Shown here one piece after another: positions 50,252 through 63,100 of a DNA stretch of 64,000 nt. Source of the DNA: Azolla caroliniana (taxonomy: Eukaryota > Plantae > Polypodiophyta); contig JBHGNT010000004.1 in assembly GCA_043228905.1 (NCBI GenBank), forward strand, positions 18,848,001 through 18,912,000. The letters run 5' to 3'. Position 1 is the first letter of the stretch, and each line of letters opens with the position of its first letter. Below the pieces are notes generated by a model, which was given only the letters and a program-made list of their open reading frames with translations, had not been told where the DNA came from and made no database searches. Made by a program: the position numbers and the translations under genes.

Positions 50252-51415
50252 ATGGCTGCCATTAACTCAGAAGAATATCTCACCCTTGTTGCAGAAATGG
50301 AGAACCTTAAATCCAAGTTTGCATCTCTTGAAGTAGAGAATCAACGTCTACTTGGGGATCTACAAAAGGTTACTATAGAGAAGCAACAACAACAAGAGGA
50401 GTTCACGCGACGAGTGCAACAGTTAGAGTCGACAATCGTCGTGTTACAACAACAAAGGGTTGAAGGTCAGGGACTTATCAAGGAGCCCAAAATTAGCCTC
50501 CCAGCTAAATTTGATGGGTCGAGGGCGCATTTCCGAGGTTTTTTGAATCAAGTACGGTTGGTGATTCAAATGCATCCCGCACGTTATCCAACAGATGCAT
50601 CACGAGTCGGGCTAGTGGGCACTTTATTGACTGGCATAGTGTTGTTGTGGTTTGCTCCATTGCTAGAGACCAATTCTCCTCTACTGAATAATTTCGAGGA
50701 ATTTATCAAGGAATTTAAGGCTTGTTTCGGAGATACTGATGGGGCGAGAACAGCTATCAACAAGATTCGTACACTTCGTCAAGGTGATCAACCAGCTTCA
50801 ACATATGCTGCCAATTTCCGTCTCATCGCAAGCGATATTCCTTGGGATGAACAAGCCCTAATGGAGCAATTCCGTTCAAGCCTTCGTAGTGATGTCAAAG
50901 ACTTACTTCTTACCTTCCCCGAGGATCCAAGGTCACTTACAGAAGCTATTAGTCGAGCAATACGGTGTGATAATCGCCTTTTTGAGCGTCGATGTGAGCG
51001 ACAACAACAAATAACAAGATCTAGATTCACACCAACTTATGCATCAGTAACGACGCAATCATCCCCAAGGCAAATGTATAGCCCTGCTCCAACTCCAAGG
51101 CAAACACGTAGTCCAGTCCCAATGGATAGTCCTACACCTATGGAGATCGATATGACTCAACGACGAGGACCGTTGTCAGACGAAGAGAAGCAAAGTCGTC
51201 GAGCAAACCATCTGTGCTTATATTGTGGAGGTCCAGGAAATATAGCCATTCATTGCTCCCGTAGGCCGAGACGTCAGGTAAATCAAATTCACTATGACAA
51301 TAAAAATGAGTCCAACATTTTAGAAGTAGTTAGTGAATCTAATATTATGAATAATCCACCCTTGTCCAATAAATTTGAAGTTCTAAGCCAATTAGAAGAG
51401 GAGTCAAACGAATAA
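50252..51415 (+). CDS. Gypsy B Gag (PEG10/sushi-like; coiled coil plus zinc knuckle)
   Basis: MAAINSEEY..PAKFDGSR..LRQG..PMEID..LCLYCGGPGN. Confidence 0.92.
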   Translation: MAAINSEEYLTLVAEMENLKSKFASLEVENQRLLGDLQKVTIEKQQQQEEFTRRVQQLESTIVVLQQQRVEGQGLIKEPKISLPAKFDGSRAHFRGFLNQVRLVIQMHPARYPTDASRVGLVGTLLTGIVLLWFAPLLETNSPLLNNFEEFIKEFKACFGDTDGARTAINKIRTLRQGDQPASTYAANFRLIASDIPWDEQALMEQFRSSLRSDVKDLLLTFPEDPRSLTEAISRAIRCDNRLFERRCERQQQITRSRFTPTYASVTTQSSPRQMYSPAPTPRQTRSPVPMDSPTPMEIDMTQRRGPLSDEEKQSRRANHLCLYCGGPGNIAIHCSRRPRRQVNQIHYDNKNESNILEVVSESNIMNNPPLSNKFEVLSQLEEESNE

Positions 51416-54400
51416 GTCCGGCCAAAATAGGAGCCATTTGGTTGGACAACCCTAGATATGTACAACCTAGTGTGGGTTCCATTTCTTCCAAGCATGTTAG
51501 TAGAGTCTTCTCAGCCCTAGTACAAGTTAGGACACCCAGTTGTCAACTTCAAGTCCAAGCCCTCTTAGATACTGGAGCCAATTCTTGTTTCATGGATAGA
51601 GATTTTGCCCAAAAACACCAAATATCCTTGCATACACTTCCTTGTCCAGTTTCCGTAGTAGTGATTGATGGACGCCCCATAGCTTCTGGGAAGATATTTG
51701 AAGAGTCTGAGCCAATACACATACTCTTGGGTGATTTAGGATGTGTAGTTTCCTTTAACATAATCCGTAGTCCCGAGCATCCAATTGTCCTCGGTTTGCC
51801 ATGGTTCGAGCTACATAACCCTAGAATCGATTGGAGGAAGCGAGAAATTAGGTGCGCTTTAGCAGAAAATATCATTGTCAAGGATCGAACTCGGGATTAT
51901 CCTCCCAAAGTATATAGTTCTACCGATGCACCATATCCTTCTCATCAAATTTCAGCCATCACATTGCAACAATTGCACCAAGTGGGAGGCATAGAGGACC
52001 TTTTCTTATTTGCAGTATCAGTGACACCTTCTAGTGTCACTCAAGGGAATTCAGACATCCAAATTCCCAAAAAATATCAAGACTATGCTGATGTTTTCGA
52101 CAAAGTCAAAGCTAGTGTTCTTCCAAAGCATCGGCCGTACGACTGTCCTATTGATCTCCAACCAGGAAAAGAGCCTCCGTGGGGTCGGATTTACAATTTA
52201 TCACCCACTGAGCTTGAGGTTCTTCGAGAATACATCGAGGAAAATCTTGCACATGGGTTTATTCGACATTCAAAGTCTCTAGCTGGTGCTCCTATCTTTT
52301 TTGTGAAGAAAAAGGACGGCTCCCTTCGTTTGGTCGTGGACTATCGAGGCTTAAATAAAGTCACCATAAGGAATAGGTATGCTTTACCTTTAATCTCCAA
52401 TCTCTTAGAACGCATTGGTGGGGCAAAGCATTTTACCAAAATTGATCTAAGGGGTGCATATAATCTTGTTCGAATTCGGCCAGGAGATGAGTGGAAAACA
52501 ACATTTCGTACTCGGTATGGTCATTTCGAGTATACAGTCATGCCTTTCGGGCTCACAAATGCACCTGCCGTATTCCAACATATGGCAAATGACATCTTCC
52601 GGGATTTTTTGGATATTTTTCTAATCATCTACCTAGATGATCTATTGATTTACTCTAAAACACAGGGGGAGCATGATATACATGTGCAGCAAGTACTTGA
52701 ACGCCTAAGGAAGTATGGTCTTTACGCCAAACTTGAGAAATGCAGTTTTGATTGCAAACAAGTCGAATTTTTGGGATACACTATTTCATCCCAGGGTGTT
52801 TTCATGGACCCGGCAAAAGTCCAAACAATATTGGAATGGAAACCCCCATGCTCAGTTCGGGATGTCCAGTGTTTCCTCGGATTTGCGAACTTCTATCGCA
52901 AATTCATACATAATTATTCAAGCATTGTGTTGCCCCTTACTCAACTCACCAAGAAAAATCAAGCATTTTTTTGGAGTATCGAAGCGGACAAGGCTTTTAC
53001 GCAGCTAAAAGAGGCATTCACATCAGCACCCATCCTAGCACATATTGATCCTGAAAAGCCATTTACTATTGAGGCGGATGCATCAGACTTTGCATTGGGG
53101 AGTATCCTATCGCAACCAGGCGAGGACGGGCAGATACATCCAGTCGCGTTTCACTCGAGAAAGTTTACTGTTTCGGAGATAAACTATGAGGTGCATGACA
53201 AGGAGTTACTAGCTGTGGTCGACTCATTCGAGCAATGGCGTCATTTTCTAGAAGGATCACCTCATCAGATTATCATTTATAGTGATCACAAAAATCTCAC
53301 ATATTTTCAAACAGCTCGAGTATTAAATAGACGACAAGCTCGGTGGGCCCAATTTCTAACGCGTTTCGATTTCAAGATCATTTTTCGCCCCGGAAAATAA
53401 CAAGGGAAAGTAGATGCTCTGTCTCGGCGTTCGTATCTAGCACTTCGACCTGGAGATCCGGCCTTTGACAATCAAAAGCAAACTCTCCTCGGGCCATCAA
53501 AGCTACAGGTAACAACAATTTATGCCACACCACTTGATTCTACCCTTCTTGACACTATTCGGCAACAACTTCATTCGGATGATTTTGCTAAGGATGTCTT
53601 AGCCCACTGTGGTTCAAGTCGTCCATCTTGCTCCACATTTCCAGGGTCATCTCAACATTATAAGGACTTCAAGTGGCAAGATGGTTTACTCTTCTACAAG
53701 AATCTCCTTTACGTCCCCGACGGATCACCCCGACTTCAAGTGTTGGAACATTGTCATGATGCCCCCATGGCTGGACATTTTGGTATTTCCAAGACCATTG
53801 AGCTGGTGAAACGTTCGTTTTGGTGGCCTCACTTGCAAAAATTTGTCGAAGATTATGTTCGCACTTGTGACACCTGCTGTCGCGCCAAAATACCCCGGCA
53901 TCACCCTTATGGCTTACTACAACCATTACCCCCTCCCAACAAGCCATGGCAGTCTATTTCTATGGATTTCATTACGGATCTGCCACCTTCCAAAGGCTTT
54001 GATACTATTTTAACAGTAGTGGATTGGTTCACCAAGATGGCAGATTTTGTACCATGTGTAAAGACCATCAATAGTGAAGAAACTGCAGATCTCATTATGC
54101 GTGAAGCGTTTCGCCATCATGGTCTCCCGAATGATATTATTAGTGATCGAGGTCCTCAATTTATCTCACACTTTTGGAAGCACCTATGGGCAGGCCTCAA
54201 AATCTCTTGCAAACTCTCTTCGGCTTATCATCCACAAACTGACGGACAAACAGAGCGCACAAATCAAACGCTCGAGCAATATCTTCGATGTTTCATTAGT
54301 TATCAACAAGATGATTGGAGTAAAATTTTACATCTTGCTGAGTTTGCATACAACAACACGGTTCACTCTTCTACCAAAGTTACACCTTTCTTTGCCTACA

Positions 54401-55176
54401 CCGGCAACCACCCTCGATGGTGTATACTGGATCTTCCCGAGGTGTCACGAAACCCTAGTGCGGCGCATCACCTCCACCGACTACAACAAATCCAGTTCGA
54501 GTTATCGTCACATCTTCAGAAAGCGCAAGCACACCATAAGACCAATGCCGATCGACATCGTCTTAAGTCTTCGTTTAAGGTTGGTGACCGTGTATGGTTG
54601 CTTCGTCGTCACATCAAGACTACCCGACCGTGTGCTAAGCTTGACTATCAACGCTTAGGTCCTTTTGTCATCACGGCGCAGATTAATGATGCAACATTTC
54701 GTCTTAACCTTCCTGCACATATGCGGCTTCACCCTGTCTTTCATAGCTCTCTTTTGGAACCTTGCCACACCTCTTTAATTCTTGATCGTGTCGTGCCACC
54801 ACCGCCTTCTGTACAACTTGTGGACGGCCCCGAATACGAGGTAGCTGCTATGCGGCTTCACCCTGTCTTTCATAGCTCTCTTTTGGAACCTTGCCACACC
54901 TCTTTAATTCCTGATCGTGTCGTGCCACCACCGCCTTCTGTACAACTTGTGGACGGCCCCGAATACGAGGTAGCTGCTATTCTCGATTCTAAGATTGTGC
55001 GCAATAAGCTTTATTATCTAGTTGATTGGCTTGGTTATCCTCCGAGTGATCGCACTTGGGAACCCATCGATAATGTTTGTAATGCTGAAGCTCTGGTAAA
55101 CAACTTCCATCGTCACTATCCAAACAAGCCCGGCCCAACGCCACTCGGCGTTCTCGAAGGAGGGATAGTGTCATGA
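51379..55176 (+). CDS. Gypsy B Pol (PR-RT-RH-IN-chromodomain) in the -1 frame relative to gag; one in-frame TAA at 53398-53400
   Basis: LLDTGA, YLDD, EADASD, HPQTDGQTER, GPF, chromodomain. ORFs 51442-53400 and 53740-55176 are co-frame with no other stop. Confidence 0.92.
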
Positions 55177-58100
55177 ACACATGACCATTATGGCGTCACC
55201 CGGACTTGAACCTCGAACCTTGTAATTCATACTTGAAACCCTCAACCATTAAGATAGCTTATTGTTATATAAAATAATAAAAGCTACTTCTTGTATTACA
55301 TTGATTATTGTAAAAACTCTAGATTATTCTAGAATGTTCGAGAATGTCCTAGAGCATTCTAGGTCTAGAACATTCTAGAACATTCTAGAAATCTCTAAGC
55401 TATTCTATAGGAACCTATAAATAAGCGCATACATGTATTCTCAAATCAATTCGAATCAACACCAGTCTTTTTTAGCTCTCATTACATATCTTGTATCCAT
55501 TCTCTTTCTTTCTCTATCTTATACATCCATTCTTCTCTATCCTTCTTCCATCACTCTATCTTTTATCCTTGGTTCTGACAGGTATACCGTTCAAGAAAGA
55601 ATTTTTTTTTGCAATTATACATGCGCTCAAAACATGGCACCATTATCTTTATGGAAATCGCTTTGAGGTAACTACGGACCACGAGTCCTTAAAATATTTT
55701 TGTGACCAAGAAGACCTGAAAGGTCGTAAGGCACGATGGGCTGATCTCATCAAGGACTTTGATTTTTCCATATGATATCGTAAAGGTTCCATGAACACTG
55801 TCATTGATGCACTAAGTCGCATTCGTGAAGTTAATATGCTTAGCTTCATTGAAATAACATCAGATCTTTATGATCACCTTTGAGGAAAGTATCCTGATGG
55901 TAGTTACTTTGCGAAATATTGGGCAAGAGTTGAGTCTAGAATAGAGACCACCACATCCTCGAAGGAATACTTCCACATTGCTAATGGTTTGCTCTACCGT
56001 AATGGGAAGGTTTGTGTTCTAGATTTACTTGAGGTTAAAAAGATGAGTGTTTTTGAATGCCATGACGCACCCTCAGCAAGGCATCGTGGAATACATCGTA
56101 CACTCGTTCTCATCTCCACTCAATTTTATTGGCCTAAGATGCGTCTTGACATACATAGCTATGTGACTAAATGTCACCAATGTCAGGTTAACAAAGCCGA
56201 GCGCCTTAAAGCTACATGACTTTTACATCTCTTGGACATTCCCAATAATAAGTGGGAAAGTATATCCACCGATTTTATTGTTGGCCTTCCTCGCACCCAT
56301 AAAGGTCATGATGCCATCTGGGTTGTGGTTGACAGACTAACTAAAATGGCCAAATTTATTGCTATGAAAACCACGGTAACAACTCCTGAATTGGCTTACC
56401 AATTCGTTGACGAGTTATTTTGTTTTTATGGGTTATCGATGGATATCGTGAGTGATCGAGATCCAAAGTTCACTAGTGACTTCTGGACGCAAGTCTTTAA
56501 GAAGTTAGAAACTACATTGAGCATGAGCTCCACAGATCATCCTCAATCCGATGGACAGACAGAACTAGTAAATCAAATTATTGAGGACATGCTTCGAGCA
56601 TACGTTGGTACAAAACCAACAAAATGGGAACGTTATTTCCCAATTTTGGAGTTTGCTTATAACAGCTCCAAGCATACATCGACGTGATATAGTCCTTTTA
56701 TGTTGATGTATGTTTTTCAGTCACGAGCCCCGATTGATGTTAATATACATCATGATGAGTTGCGAAGTACACAAAACTTTCTTCGAGATATGCAAGATAT
56801 GTTGCATATTGCACAAGATAATATAAAAACAGCTCAAGATAGAGCACGTTTTTATGCCAATCATCATAGGCAACATTGTGTATTTAACCTTGGACAGAAG
56901 GTATTTTTACGTGTACCTCACAATTCTAAGACATTGTCTAAGGGTAAGTGCGCTAATTTACAGTCCTCAAACGCATTGAGTCATCAGCCTATTGTCTCGC
57001 TCTTCCCGATGGTGTTGAAATTCATCCAGTTTTTCATGTGAGTCGTCTAAAAGAACTTCTAGGTTCTGGCGACAATACAATTATAACTGAAACTTTGGTT
57101 ACTTCTGAAGAATTGTCTTCTAAACCATATGTACCAGAAAGAATTCTTGATGTTAAAACAAAAAAATTATGTACTAAAGAAACCCGAGAATTTAAAATAA
57201 AATGGATGGATAAATCAATAAAAGATGCCACATGGGAATACGAAAATACTCTCAGAACTAACTTCCCTAACTTTCCATTGTAATAATGCAATGTTTTAAA
57301 GAGGGGGAAGTATGTTACGGACATGACCATATAATATTCCGTGGTGAGAATTTACCGTAGTATTCTATACACGTGGATAAGTGTGAGGGTTAAACGAGAG
57401 TGTAAAGAAGGGGAGGATTACTTTTAATCCTCGGGATTGAGACAACCCATTAGGCCAAGTGTGAACTTGCATGGTGGCCTTGGGTATCACTATAAATAAG
57501 AGGCCTAGCTACCCTCATTTCATCATCTTTTGACTATGTCGAGACTCTGTTTCGTGGTGGTTCAACTCTTGTAGCGAGCGTGCCAACACCAAGTACGACT
57601 CGACACCACTGCGGTGGTATGGGACGTCGATTGAGGCTCGAGTCCGTCTCGATCCCTTCGCTTGGGGGTGATCGGGTGGATCGACACCCTTCTTTCTCTC
57701 TCTCCTTTCTATCTATCTATCTATCATTCTTTTCTCCTTATCATACACTTACATTAGATCATATCTCTAATACAATGTATATGTTGTTGCAATCTACCTC
57801 GTGGTTTCACAAACATGCAAATGCATTATGGCACCTACATAAAACCCAATCATGGTGGAAAAACATGCTTACAAGCTTATGGAGTTGTGGTCTTCCACTT
57901 AAGCAACGGGTATTCCTATGGGATGCCTTATTGGGTGTGCTCCTGATTGGGTCAAATCTTCAAAAGCGATTGATAGGCTCACCACATTGTGCAAGATGTA
58001 GTGGACGATTGGAAACATCTCCACACTTATTATGGGCTTGCTCATTCACTACAACATTTGTACAAAGACTAAGTGCATCTCTTTCTCACAGATTTCCTAG

Positions 58101-59397
58101 CCGAAAGTTTGGGAAACACTTTTGGCTATTTGGACAAATTTTGTGTGCCCTATCCAATAATGTTTATTTTCTCCAATGGACAAGATTTTTAGCACTTTGG
58201 ACCTATTGGACGGCCCATAATAATAAGGTCATTGATCGAAACCAATTGCATGAAGTTAGTTTCTTCAAGCAATCCCTTAGGCAATCTCTATTTGATTGTC
58301 TGCCACTTAGAGATATCACACTACAAATTTACACTCTTTACTTTGAGTGCTTCTAAACTCTTTAGTATCTAATCAACATCTGTATATTTCTCTTTATTCT
58401 TTGTGGTTTTTCACCTCACTTAGGTTTCCCAGTAGTAATAAAAGTGTTACCAAAAAAAAAGATTAATGATTGCACTGTGACCATTTATAGAGTTTGAAAC
58501 ACATCGTACTCAACCTCATTTTGCATATTTGTGTTTGATAAACAATAGGTCAAAATATGTAAGAACATCTAGTTATTTTTAAATAAGGTCTAACTATATT
58601 TTCACTATGAAGTATTGGTTTTTACAATAATTTGTCAATCTTCGGCTCTACAAACAATGAACTAGTTGCTCAACTGTTTCTATTAAAACATCAAGTCATT
58701 TTTAAATTCTCAAATGTACAATAATCTCTTCACCATAAAATATTGTTTGTAGAAAAGACTTTCCAACAAGACTTCTCAAAACTATATACTTCCTATATAA
58801 AGAGGTGATGATCACAAAAATGACAAATTATGAATGAGTAATAGAAGCATGATTCTAGTATCTCATGGTACGAAACCATAAAACACAATAATTATGTTTA
58901 TCAATGCATCATTCCATTCGGAACGAGAAGTTTAAAAAAAGCAATGGATGACAGAATGCATCAATTCATTCAGAACCAAGAGACTAGAAAGGCGACAATG
59001 CATCATACATGTGTAAATTGCAACCATATATACAAAGGGCACTACACGTAGATGAACAAACCATTAGCTCACTGGGCATCATGGAGCATTGGCCCCTCGC
59101 CCAAAACACAGGGTTTGATTGAACATGAGTTCACGAGTAGCAAGTACTCCTAAAAGTGTTTGACATAGCTTCTCATCAACTTCTTGATAACAAAACACCA
59201 TAGGACAAAAAACATACCCTATCTCTAACTTTGCCGAACATTACATGTACGAAATCGGGAGAAACCAAGTTCGATTCATGCCATGCCCCCTTGGACCCCC
59301 CCCCCCCCCCCCTCCCCCACCACCACCACAATAAGACACCATTATTATTGGACTTTATTTCATACACAGTAAAAATAAAAATAAAAATAAAAATAAA

Positions 59398-59428
<31 letters not shown>

Positions 59429-59669
59429 ACCATCGAAGATTTATTGTTGGGTTCATTTCTTTCGTTATCCAACCAAATGAGCCTGCACTAGAAATTCATC
59501 CTTACCACCACCACCATATTTGTACTGTGGGATCTTTTTTGGATTTTTGGGTGGAACAGGGGAACCAGCCACAACCGCTCTCCAATATCATGTTCTGCTA
59601 AGGAGACAGGTAAAAACTTTTCCATTGCTGAGAAAACCCCATCGATCAAACCATTCCTTGGCTTATGTA

Positions 59670-60020
59670 GTGTATAGTATGAGAAAAGCATAGTTTGGGA
59701 TGTAGGTGTGAAGGAAACATGGTTTGGAATGGTGTATGAGAAAGCCATTGTTTTGAATATAGTTGTGTGAGAGGAACATGGGTTTGGATTTAGCTGTGAG
59801 AAGACTATGGGTTTGGATTTTGTTGCCAGAAGGATAAAGTTTTGAGGAAATCATGGTTTTGGATGGTTTGTGAGAAAAACATGGATCTGGATATAGTTAT
59901 GTGGAAAACATGTTTTTGGTTGTAGTATGTGAAAAGTGTGATTCTGAAAACCATGATTCCTTCTATGGTAAAGCCATGGGTTCGATATAGCATGACAATT
60001 CCAGAAAAACCATGCTTTTT
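59670..60020. repeat. Degenerate ~30-bp minisatellite in the first intron of the C2-like gene
   Basis: Recurrent GTGAGAAAAACATGGTTTGGA-like unit. Confidence 0.7.
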
Positions 60021-60123
60021 CTGAATTGGGTAATGATGATAAATGCATGTTTACACTATGTCATTTTTATTCACTTCTTTTGCATTCCAGTGATGGAGAT
60101 TTTGTGATGCAGGATCCCAAAAA

Positions 60124-63100
60124 ATGCCAGGAAGCATCCGTGTGTCAGGTTAGTACAAAATGTTCTCGCTTTTCACTGTCAGAATTATGTTTATCAATTT
60201 AACCTAAGGTAATGCCAAAGCAAGTGTTTAAAAGCAAACCTGAAACCCTAAGATAATGCCTCACAAGCATCAAACATAAGAGCAATAACAAAGAGTATAT
60301 TTCTTCAAATTGTCGTCATCAAGGAGTATGACTCAAACTGATTTCCTCAAAGCTTGGGTATCTGAGAGGGCGGTCGTAAATAAGGATCCCAAAGATTTCA
60401 CAATGGGAATGAATCAAATGAACGGACTCTCCCTAAGGGGGAAGTAGGAGGGAACTTACAAGGGCGTTTCCACCCACCTTTGTCTTCGCAAACCTCAAGA
60501 GTGTACCTTATAAGCATCAAACCTCAGATAATGCCTCAAACTCGGTATTCGACATTGGTCGAGAAATGGGATTTCCCCATTCCTTCCTACCTGACTATTG
60601 CTATGTATCTGAGACCATGATGTGACAGTGGTAACCTTATGCCATGTATTTGGTGTTATGACGCTCATCATGTGACTGTATATTAATCTTCAAAAGGAAA
60701 AAGTAACTTATGAGACAAATGTCACATCTGTGTGCATATTATCTGGAAAAAAGTAAAATAACTTGTAACTAAACAAAGTACCTAGGCCTATACAAGGAAA
60801 GTACAAGGTAGGAGCCTGGCGTAGAAATTGTGTTGTAATACTGGGGATACAATATACACAATAATTTTGGCAGGGTACAATGTTAGTGAATCAGTCTATA
60901 GAAAACACTTTTATAGGGTGATGAAAACTGTATGGGGTTATGCTCAATGTCGCATAGTGATTTAAGAGCTATAATTGGTCGGACTCAGAAATGCTATCAC
61001 CTATATACACATTTAAGAGCTCTAATTGGTTTATTAGTTCAAACTTCTTATGGTTCTTTGTCTTGTATCCTAACTGATCATTTCTAATTATTTCCTAATC
61101 TTACATATTTATTTATTTATTTTCACATATACAGTGCTAAATGCATTTGATTTGCCTGAGACAAACATAGGTCAGTTTCTTCTTTCAAGGCAACTATCTG
61201 GTTCTATTTTGTTATGTTCTCTTCAATGGAAAACCTAATCATTTATAATTTTGTTTAATTTTTTATATATTCAATGAATGCTCAATGGGCATTATCAAAA
61301 GATGAGAAAGATGTTGCAGTCAAAGGTATATATACATTTTATGTGAATTATTTTTTGATATCTTATTTTAAAGTTAAAATTAACTTTGTACTTTTGCTAA
61401 GTGTTCCTTTGAACCATTATCAGCCGATATTTTTATCTCCATTCTGATGAAGTTATGGATAGAATGGAGATTAATACGGTTACTAACTAGCAAAAATCTG
61501 GGCTGAAGATATGTCTCCTATCTGCTAAGGAAGACTGCTGTTTGTATGCTCACTGTGCACTTATATCGTGGAGCCTCTCTAAAATTTTAATGACACTAAT
61601 CATCATGAGGTTTACGAACAAATCTTTTCATATAATGTGTGGAATCCATCCAAATGTCTCTGCAACTTCCTTGAGCTTAGCAGGATACATCTTGGTTGTA
61701 CACATGATATATGTATTTGTATTTTATGTTTCCTCTAATTTACATTTTTTTTTGTTGTGTGGGTATTTCCTTCATTTTTGTATTTGAAAATTTAGGTTCT
61801 AGGGTCAAATGGCAGAATCCTGTTGCATGTTTTAATGTACTAACTCCATATCAACTCTCAATACATGGGCTCATTTTTAATTTAAACAGAAGTTTACGAA
61901 TATATGAATATCTCCATTTTCAAAGCTAAAATTGACAAAGTTTTATTCTAGTATCTATTGGCATGCAAGAGTACATGACGAAATTGAGCAAAGTTGTAGG
62001 TGGAAAGACAACACCGTGGAATGCTGATTTTGTATTGTAAGTGAATGCAATTTGATCTCCTTTAGCAATCATTCTCTTTTGTTATCCCTATTTGAAAATA
62101 AGGCCGCTTTTCACTATCTTAAATATTGCAGTCCTGTCTTGAACCTTCGGGATAATCTTCTGGTGGAATTAGTAGATGATGCAGGAGAGATGATTTCCAA
62201 AAATGGTGTGTTTTTGTATCAGATAAAATATTTGAATTAGAAGATTAAAAATGTGGCTAACTGTTTCGATTTGATATGTACAAGCAGAAATTAGTACAGC
62301 TGCTATTGTGGAGGGACATGTCTTTGATGTTGATCTTGCTTTAGATAAAGGTGGTAAAATAAATCTAAAACTTAAGTTCATGCTCACAGAAGAGGAACGT
62401 CAAAGGATTGATATGATGGTAAAGTTCTATTTATGCTTATGATGAAGCCCCCGCCCCCAAAAATGCTAATATCTTTCAATCTATGATAATGTGAAGTATA
62501 ATGTATTAGGCATGCATTCTGTATAAATGTACACAAGCTGTATACTGCAAACTTAAGGTGATATCAGTTTATACGCTCTATAATTGGAAGTTCAAAGTAG
62601 GTTCAAAATAGGTAAGACATATTTTCTGTTCTACATGCATCAGATTTTAAATCCTCGAGAAGGGTTGATGAAGCAAATTGTGAGAAATAAACATGAGTTG
62701 ATTAAGATTATATACCAGCCCAATTGAAAGATGGAGGATCTACTTTAGAAGATGATTCAGAGGACTCCATGGACTATCTTCTGGAAGAATGATTAACAAA
62801 CATTCTTCAATATTTGGCCAATGTGAGGGAATGCTATATCTATTGAAACACTGTGAGGAACAATTAAGGGCTTTAAGATACTGGACAATTAAGGAACAAT
62901 GCAGAGGAGATTCATGCTCTCGTTAATCAATATATAAAAAGTATAACATACGCCTAGGGATCTGCATTATTTTATCATAAAGAAGCTTCTATAGAGTTTT
63001 TATTTTACAATCAAGAATTGAGAAACTGCATGATACATACCAACTAACCTATGTGAACCGTTGATCGTAAGCTCTGCCCTTTGTTCCTTTATAATATACT

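Larger units (their letters stand above)
49760..55580 (+). mobile_element. Ty3/Gypsy chromovirus B (Tcn1/Tf1-sushi-like), nested in the RNaseH of Gypsy A
   Basis: 412-bp LTRs at 49760-50171 and 55169-55580 (about 4 differences); TSD GGTAT; PPT GAAGGAGGGA; classical chromodomain EYEVAAILDS..YYLVDWLGYP..TWEP. Confidence 0.98.
44973..57772 (+). mobile_element. Ty3/Gypsy chromovirus A (decayed; interrupted by Gypsy B)
   Basis: 460-bp LTRs at 44973-45432 and 57313-57772; TSD CAATG; PBS TGGTTTCAGAGC (iMet-like); PPT at 57298-57310. Motifs: gag [31 protein letters not shown], RNaseH ETDASDY, IN HPQSDGQTE, chromodomain PERILD..KIKW..ATWE. Confidence 0.96.
44962..58462 (+). mobile_element. 5'-truncated L1-type LINE tail (44962-44972 plus 57778-58462), split by Gypsy A
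   Basis: zf-RVT-like LWSCGLPLKQRVFLW..CARC..ETSPHLLWAC; poly(A) at 58452-58460; 15-bp TSD TTAATGATTGCACTG at 44947-44961 and 58463-58477. Confidence 0.9.

Noticed and set aside
53398-53406. TAA CAA GGG as programmed readthrough
   Set aside because: It falls within a conserved RNaseH end motif (RPGK.Q.K.DALSR) and lacks the CARYYA context; a CAA>TAA mutation is simpler.
57580-58356. 258-aa ORF as a novel gene
   Set aside because: A chance fusion of LTR U5 sequence with the LINE zf-RVT fragment.
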